Part shown: piece after piece, positions 59,798-64,000 of the stretch | How positions within the stretch are numbered: the first letter of the stretch is position 1 | Layout: the number at the start of each line of letters is the position of its first letter | Source of the DNA: Candidatus Magasanikiibacteriota bacterium | Lineage (GTDB): Bacteria > Patescibacteriota > Patescibacteriia > Magasanikbacterales > UBA922 | Reading direction: 5' to 3' | Length of the DNA stretch: 64,000 nt | Assembly (NCBI GenBank): GCA_016193335.1 | Contig: JACPSK010000001.1 | Coordinates: 343,424-407,423 of the forward strand | Position numbers and translations under genes: made by a program | The notes under the pieces: generated by a model | What the model was told of the DNA's origin: nothing | The model's database searches: none | The model's input: only the letters and a program-made list of their open reading frames with translations

Positions 59798-60768
59798 ACA
59801 GATTTTACTTTAGACATGGTCGGCCGGGCATGCCACGGACACAACTCGCCGTGAATCTTGTGATCGTCATAGGCAGACGTAGCCGCCACCGCGCCCGTTG
59901 CCGCCGCGGTAATATCTTGCTTGAAGGCGCCGAAGTGATTCACTGCGTCCCCAGCCGAAAAAACGCCATCCACGTTTGTTCCCATCAGATTGTCAACTTT
60001 TATATAGCCCTTCTCATCGAGCTCAAGCCCAAGTTGTTTAGCCAGTTCGATATTCGGAACCGCGCCAATTTCCACAAATAAGCCATCAACAACAAGTTCA
60101 GATGATCCATTATATTGTTTGGATAGGGTAATTTTTTCCAACTGCTTTTCACCAACTGCCGCAGTGACCTCAGTTTCAAAAAGTACCGTAACCTTATTGC
60201 CGAGAGCCTGCATCCGTTCATAGTTAATGGGATCAGCCTTAACTTCTTTGCCGCGGACAATCAAATAAATTTTACTCACGTATTCGGCGGCTAAATTTAA
60301 TCCTTTCACGGCCGCGTCACCGCTACCAACGAGCGCGATCGTTTTATTTCGGTACAACGGTCCATCGCAGGTCACACAATAACTAATACCATGGCCGGTT
60401 AATTGTTTTTCATTCGGCAACCCCAGTTTACGACGTTCCGCGCCCTGAGCCAGAATAATTTCGTGCGCTTGATATATCTTGTCGCCAGCGGTGACTTCAA
60501 AACAATGCTCGGCACGCTTTATCGACGTAACTTTAGCGTCGACAACAGGTGTATCAAGAGCGACGGCTTGTTCTTTGATAAGACTCATAAGTTCAAAGCC
60601 GTCCACAGCTTTGAACCCTGGATAATTTTCAATCTTCCCCGCCAGCGCAGTTTCGCCACCAAGGGTTTCACCGATCACTACCGTCTTCAAACGATAGCGG
60701 GCGGCGTAAATTGCTGCCGAAAGACCAGCCGCGCCCGAACCAACAATGATCAGATCGTACATTTCCAT
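59782..60768 (-). CDS. trxB: Thioredoxin reductase
   Basis: FAD site DLIIVGSGAAGLSAA, redox-active CVTCDG, NADPH site GSGDAA; 328 aa. Confidence 0.85.
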   Translation of the reverse strand: MEMYDLIIVGSGAAGLSAAIYAARYRLKTVVIGETLGGETALAGKIENYPGFKAVDGFELMSLIKEQAVALDTPVVDAKVTSIKRAEHCFEVTAGDKIYQAHEIILAQGAERRKLGLPNEKQLTGHGISYCVTCDGPLYRNKTIALVGSGDAAVKGLNLAAEYVSKIYLIVRGKEVKADPINYERMQALGNKVTVLFETEVTAAVGEKQLEKITLSKQYNGSSELVVDGLFVEIGAVPNIELAKQLGLELDEKGYIKVDNLMGTNVDGVFSAGDAVNHFGAFKQDITAAATGAVAATSAYDDHKIHGELCPWHARPTMSKVKSVCRKK

Positions 60769-60769
60769 A

Positions 60770-61003
60770 TTAAACGCCGAGTAACGCGCTCAGTTTGGCT
60801 TTGTCAAAACCAAGCACTAATTCACCATCAATATCAATCACCGGCACGCCCATTTGTCCGGAGCGTTTCACCATTTCTTCACCCGCGGCCTGGTCGGCCG
60901 AAACATCTTTTTCTTCGTAGGCGACATTGTGCTCTTTAAAAAAGGCTTTGGCCATTTTGCAAAAACCACAGGTTGGCGTCGTATAGATAAGGACTTTATG
61001 CAT
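60770..61003 (-). CDS. Glutaredoxin/NrdH-like small redoxin
   Basis: VLIYTTPTCGFCKMAK active site; 77 aa. Confidence 0.8.
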   Translation of the reverse strand: MHKVLIYTTPTCGFCKMAKAFFKEHNVAYEEKDVSADQAAGEEMVKRSGQMGVPVIDIDGELVLGFDKAKLSALLGV

Positions 61004-61041
61004 ATGGTTGTCTGTTAAAAAAATAAATAAGTGAAGTAAAT

Positions 61042-61341
61042 TTAGCCGCAGATAAGTTTCTCCAGTTGCTTGGTGAACTCATTTCTGATGAGCATATAGC
61101 AGACCATATTACCAATTCGATGCGTTTCAAAATAGCCGTTGTCGCGCATGATCTGTAGGTGATGCGAAACCGCGTTGACACTCATATCCAAACTTTCGGC
61201 AATGTCCGAAACACAGGCTTTGTCGTACTCAAACATAAAACAAAGAATGCGCATTCGCGTTGGGTCGCCGGCCAGTTCGATCAGACGAGCTTTTTTGATC
61301 AATTCAGGATGAATGGGTATTTTTTTATAGTTTGGTTTCAT
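61042..61341 (-). CDS. ArsR/SmtB-family metalloregulatory transcriptional repressor
   Basis: Winged-HTH LAGDPTRMRILCFMFEYDKACVSDIAESLDMSVNAVSHHLQIMR; start set at MKPNYKK (61341). Confidence 0.75.
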   Translation of the reverse strand: MKPNYKKIPIHPELIKKARLIELAGDPTRMRILCFMFEYDKACVSDIAESLDMSVNAVSHHLQIMRDNGYFETHRIGNMVCYMLIRNEFTKQLEKLICG

Positions 61342-61363
61342 AGTTGCTATGGAGTGGTGATGT

Positions 61364-61405
61364 AAGTATACAGTATTCCAATATACATTGGAATACTGTA
61401 TACTT
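61364..61405. promoter_or_regulatory. 19-4-19 perfect palindromic operator, candidate ArsR-family binding site
   Basis: aagtatacagtattccaat-atac-attggaatactgtatactt. The arms are exact reverse complements, and the site lies 23-64 nt upstream of the ArsR start on the minus strand. Confidence 0.55.
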
Positions 61406-61927
61406 AATCCTGTGGATAAACAAAAAATTACGCCGAATAGCGCAAATTCCCCTGTTTCCTCGGCCATAATGCCGAAATCAAGGACAAAACGCTTTCAATC
61501 AATTAAGACGATCCGAAATTTTACGGCGAAAACAAAAGCGGATTTTGCTATTAATCCAAAAAGTTACTTCTGGTGTATCTATACCACCACGCTCGAACCT
61601 ATTTTAGCAAGAATTTTTGAAATGGACGAACGCTCCGCCCCGCCGCCAGCCGCCGCAAAGCGGCGGCCTGCCTCGCAGAAAAACTTTCTTTACAATTTTT
61701 GATTTTGCGCGCGCCACCACTTTTTCTTCTAAAAGGAAAAGAAAGTTTTTCTGCTCGGCTCCGCGCTCAATCGTGCGGGGCGGCGGGGCTTCGCTTCGGC
61801 TCAGGCGGCTTTTTTTTCGGCGGGCTTACCCTTTCCTTACCCCTCCCACCCTGCGCGGAAAAGGTTAAGGAACTCCCTGTGCATAAAATACTTGTTGCGC
61901 CTTTTCTTTTTGTTTGCTATCATTTGA

Positions 61928-62251
61928 ATGTGTATGCAAATGAAAAATATTCAAAAAATTAGAAAAGAACTGAACGACAGGAAAGCGATTCTCCGCTGTG
62001 CCGAGGAATTTAACATGGTGGGCGACCCGACACGGCTCAAAATTTGCTATCTCTTGTGTCGGCACAAAGAACTATCAGTGGGCGAGATTTCAGAAATTAT
62101 CGGCGTTTCCATTTCGGCTGTTTCTCATACGCTCAAAAAGTTGCAAAAGGCGGGCATGGTTGAAAACCGCCGAGAATTCCGAACGGTATATTACAAACTT
62201 AAACAAACGCCCCTTGCCGATATGCTCAAGGAACGACTCAATACTTTATGA
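61928..62251 (+). CDS. ArsR/SmtB-family regulator (probable regulator of the mer operon)
   Basis: VGDPTRLKICYLLCRHKELSVGEISEIIGVSISAVSHTLKKL winged HTH; first gene of the merT-merA operon. Confidence 0.7.
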   Translation: MCMQMKNIQKIRKELNDRKAILRCAEEFNMVGDPTRLKICYLLCRHKELSVGEISEIIGVSISAVSHTLKKLQKAGMVENRREFRTVYYKLKQTPLADMLKERLNTL

Positions 62252-62278
62252 ATAATCTAAAGTCATCAAAAAAAAAGA

Positions 62279-62500
62279 TTGAGTTGTGCAATTACCGGTA
62301 CGTTACTTGTGGCGCTGTGCTGTTTTACCCCTCTTCTAGTTATCGCGCTGATAACGATAGGACTTGGGGCATTTACACCATATCTTGATTACATTTTATT
62401 TCCAGCATTGGCAGTAATGGTCATTGTGACATATCTCTCGTATCGCAAATACAAAAGCGAGTGCGCCAGTTGCGATGTTATAAGTAGCAATAAACAATAA
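62279..62500 (+). CDS. merT: Short MerT-like mercuric ion transport protein (2 TM)
   Basis: TM1 has ALCCFTPLLVIALI, matching the MerT ACCLGPLVLIALG motif; C-terminal CASC pair. 73 aa (MerT is normally about 116 aa). Confidence 0.5.
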   Translation: MSCAITGTLLVALCCFTPLLVIALITIGLGAFTPYLDYILFPALAVMVIVTYLSYRKYKSECASCDVISSNKQ

Positions 62501-62509
62501 CAAGTAATT

Positions 62510-63913
62510 ATGAAAAAATTTGACTTAATAATTATTGGCGGAGGAGCAGGCGCGTTTGCGGCCGCTATCCGTGCCAATGAGCTGAAAGCCAAAACGGCGA
62601 TTGTGAACGCTGGACTTCCGCTTGGCGGCACCTGCGTAAATGTCGGGTGTGTGCCGTCAAAGACACTTCTGTACGCCGGTGAAATGTTACACCACGCCAA
62701 ACATCACGGCGTTGCCGGTGTTGAGCTTGAAGTGAAAAATTTTGATTTTCAAAAAGTCGTGCAAGACGAACTCTCGCTCGTAGAAAAATTGCGCCAAGAG
62801 AAATACGAGAAGGTGCTAAAAAATTTAGAGTATGTAACAGCAATCGAGGGAAAAGCAAAATTTGTTTCTCAAAATGAGATAGAGGTGAACGGCGAAAGAT
62901 TGAGTGCGAAAAAATTTATTATCGCCGCGGGCTCCACCGCCAATGTGCCGCCGATTGAGAGAATCCGTGAGGTGGGCTTCGTTACGCACATTGAAGCGTT
63001 GCGCCTTGAAAAACAACCGAAGGAATTAGTCGTCATCGGTGCAGGCCCTGTCGGCTTGGAGTTTGCCCAACTGTTCAGCCGTTTTGGCACGAAAGTAACT
63101 ATTTTACAGCGCGGCGATTCAATTTTTCCGCACTCTGAAAAAGCTCTTACTGATCAGCTCGCCGAAATACTTTCAAAAGAAGGAATCATTATCAAAACAA
63201 ATGTTGAGGTGAAAAGTGCGCGTAAAGAGAACGGTAAAAAAGTCATCTTGTACACCATAAACAGCATGCAAGAAGAAACGGCCGCGGACGAGATACTTTT
63301 AGCGGCAGGCAAAACACCTAACACGCGAGGGCTTGGCCTCGATGTTGTTGGCGTTGAAGTGAACAAACAACAAGCGGTCGTCGTAAATCAGCATTTCCAA
63401 ACATCCAATCCGAAAATTTTTGCCGTCGGCGATGTAACGAGCGGACCCTTGCGGCTTGAGCCAACTGCCGGACGCGAGGGCACGCTTGCCGCAGAAAACG
63501 CCCTCAAAGGTACAACGCTTTCCATTGATTACAACGCCGTGCCCTATACTATTTTTACCGACCCCCAGCTTGCCGGTGTCGGCTTTACCGAAGATGAACA
63601 AATGAAGCAAATGGGGGTGTGCGCCTGTCGTACGGTTTCGTTTGAGGATGTGCCAAAAGCGATTATCATGCACCGCACCGAGGGAATGATAAAAATGGCG
63701 ATTCATCCGCAAACAAAGCAAATTCTCGGAGTTCACATTCTCGCGCCAAACGCCGGAGAGCTGATCGCCGAGGCGATGATGCTCATAAAAAACAAAAACA
63801 CGATTGACGATGTAACAAATTCCTTGCCGATGTTCCCAACGCTTTCCGAGGCGATAAAAATCGTCGCGCTTTCTTTTACCAAAGATATTTCTAAATTGAG
63901 TTGTTGTATCTAA
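62510..63913 (+). CDS. merA: Mercuric reductase MerA (core form without the N-terminal HMA domain)
   Basis: FAD site IIIGGGAGAFAAA, redox-active GGTCVNVGCVPSK (identical to the MerA motif), pyridine-nucleotide-disulfide oxidoreductase dimerisation domain. The C-terminus ends in a vicinal Cys pair (KLSCCI), the MerA hallmark. Confidence 0.7.
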   Translation: MKKFDLIIIGGGAGAFAAAIRANELKAKTAIVNAGLPLGGTCVNVGCVPSKTLLYAGEMLHHAKHHGVAGVELEVKNFDFQKVVQDELSLVEKLRQEKYEKVLKNLEYVTAIEGKAKFVSQNEIEVNGERLSAKKFIIAAGSTANVPPIERIREVGFVTHIEALRLEKQPKELVVIGAGPVGLEFAQLFSRFGTKVTILQRGDSIFPHSEKALTDQLAEILSKEGIIIKTNVEVKSARKENGKKVILYTINSMQEETAADEILLAAGKTPNTRGLGLDVVGVEVNKQQAVVVNQHFQTSNPKIFAVGDVTSGPLRLEPTAGREGTLAAENALKGTTLSIDYNAVPYTIFTDPQLAGVGFTEDEQMKQMGVCACRTVSFEDVPKAIIMHRTEGMIKMAIHPQTKQILGVHILAPNAGELIAEAMMLIKNKNTIDDVTNSLPMFPTLSEAIKIVALSFTKDISKLSCCI

Positions 63914-64000
63914 AAATATGAGTCAAATATTAAACACCTTGTGGTTTGGTATTCGTGAGCCATTCAAGAAAATGACTTATGCTTATCTTTTTCTCGCCTC

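Overview
This 64 kb window reads as an AT-rich bacterial chromosome with compact, mostly co-directional operons. It resembles a reduced Patescibacteria/CPR-like genome, but that is an inference from gene content and style, not a database hit.

What is in the window, in order:
- Housekeeping genes: der, pth, dprA, an SDR, folC, topA, a short relA/spoT, parB-parA, tRNA-Leu, a metallophosphoesterase, a PBP5-type D,D-carboxypeptidase, scpB-scpA, a GT-C-like membrane protein, and aspS.
- Two paralogous lipoprotein genes (19.1-20.8 kb) that are much more GC-rich than their surroundings.
- An 8.9 kb gene for a 2,959-aa Cys-rich surface protein, co-operonic with a membrane protein carrying thrombospondin-type-3 Ca-binding repeats.
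- rsmA, a TIM-barrel glycosidase-like protein, tsaC, a FemAB-family gene, rpmF-nusB-rnc, and tRNA-Lys plus tRNA-Arg.
- A surface-glycan cluster: hypothetical secreted and membrane proteins, three GT4 glycosyltransferases, and a polyprenyl-phosphate sugar transferase. A GC-rich archaemetzincin-like metalloprotease gene sits in this cluster on the opposite strand.
- RNase P RNA and a CaCA-type cation antiporter.
- A pentose-phosphate operon: tal, a cupin-type PGI, and a Zwf::Gnd fusion.
- A long minus-strand thiol-redox/metal operon: ArsR repressor, glutaredoxin, TrxB, DUF3179, a Cys-rich peptide, TlpA, a zinc-ribbon miniprotein, CcdA, a MerT-like protein, and a second Cys-rich peptide.
- A minimal mercury-resistance operon: arsR-type regulator, merT, merA.

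The most unusual thing I can see is at 19.1-20.8 kb. Each of the two GC-rich lipoprotein genes is bracketed by its own exact 11-12 bp inverted repeat. The two repeat pairs differ from each other by compensatory changes (gcaaggcgCGG/CCGcgccttgc versus gcaaggcgTAG/CTAcgccttgc), which is the pattern expected of a structure under selection.

Other features worth a second look:
- The giant Cys-rich protein locus.
- The Zwf::Gnd fusion.
- The metallothionein-like peptides embedded in the redox operon.
- A perfect 19-4-19 operator palindrome upstream of the ArsR gene.
- A large GC-rich palindrome in the arsR divergent region.
- Several long hairpins that suggest unannotated ncRNA.
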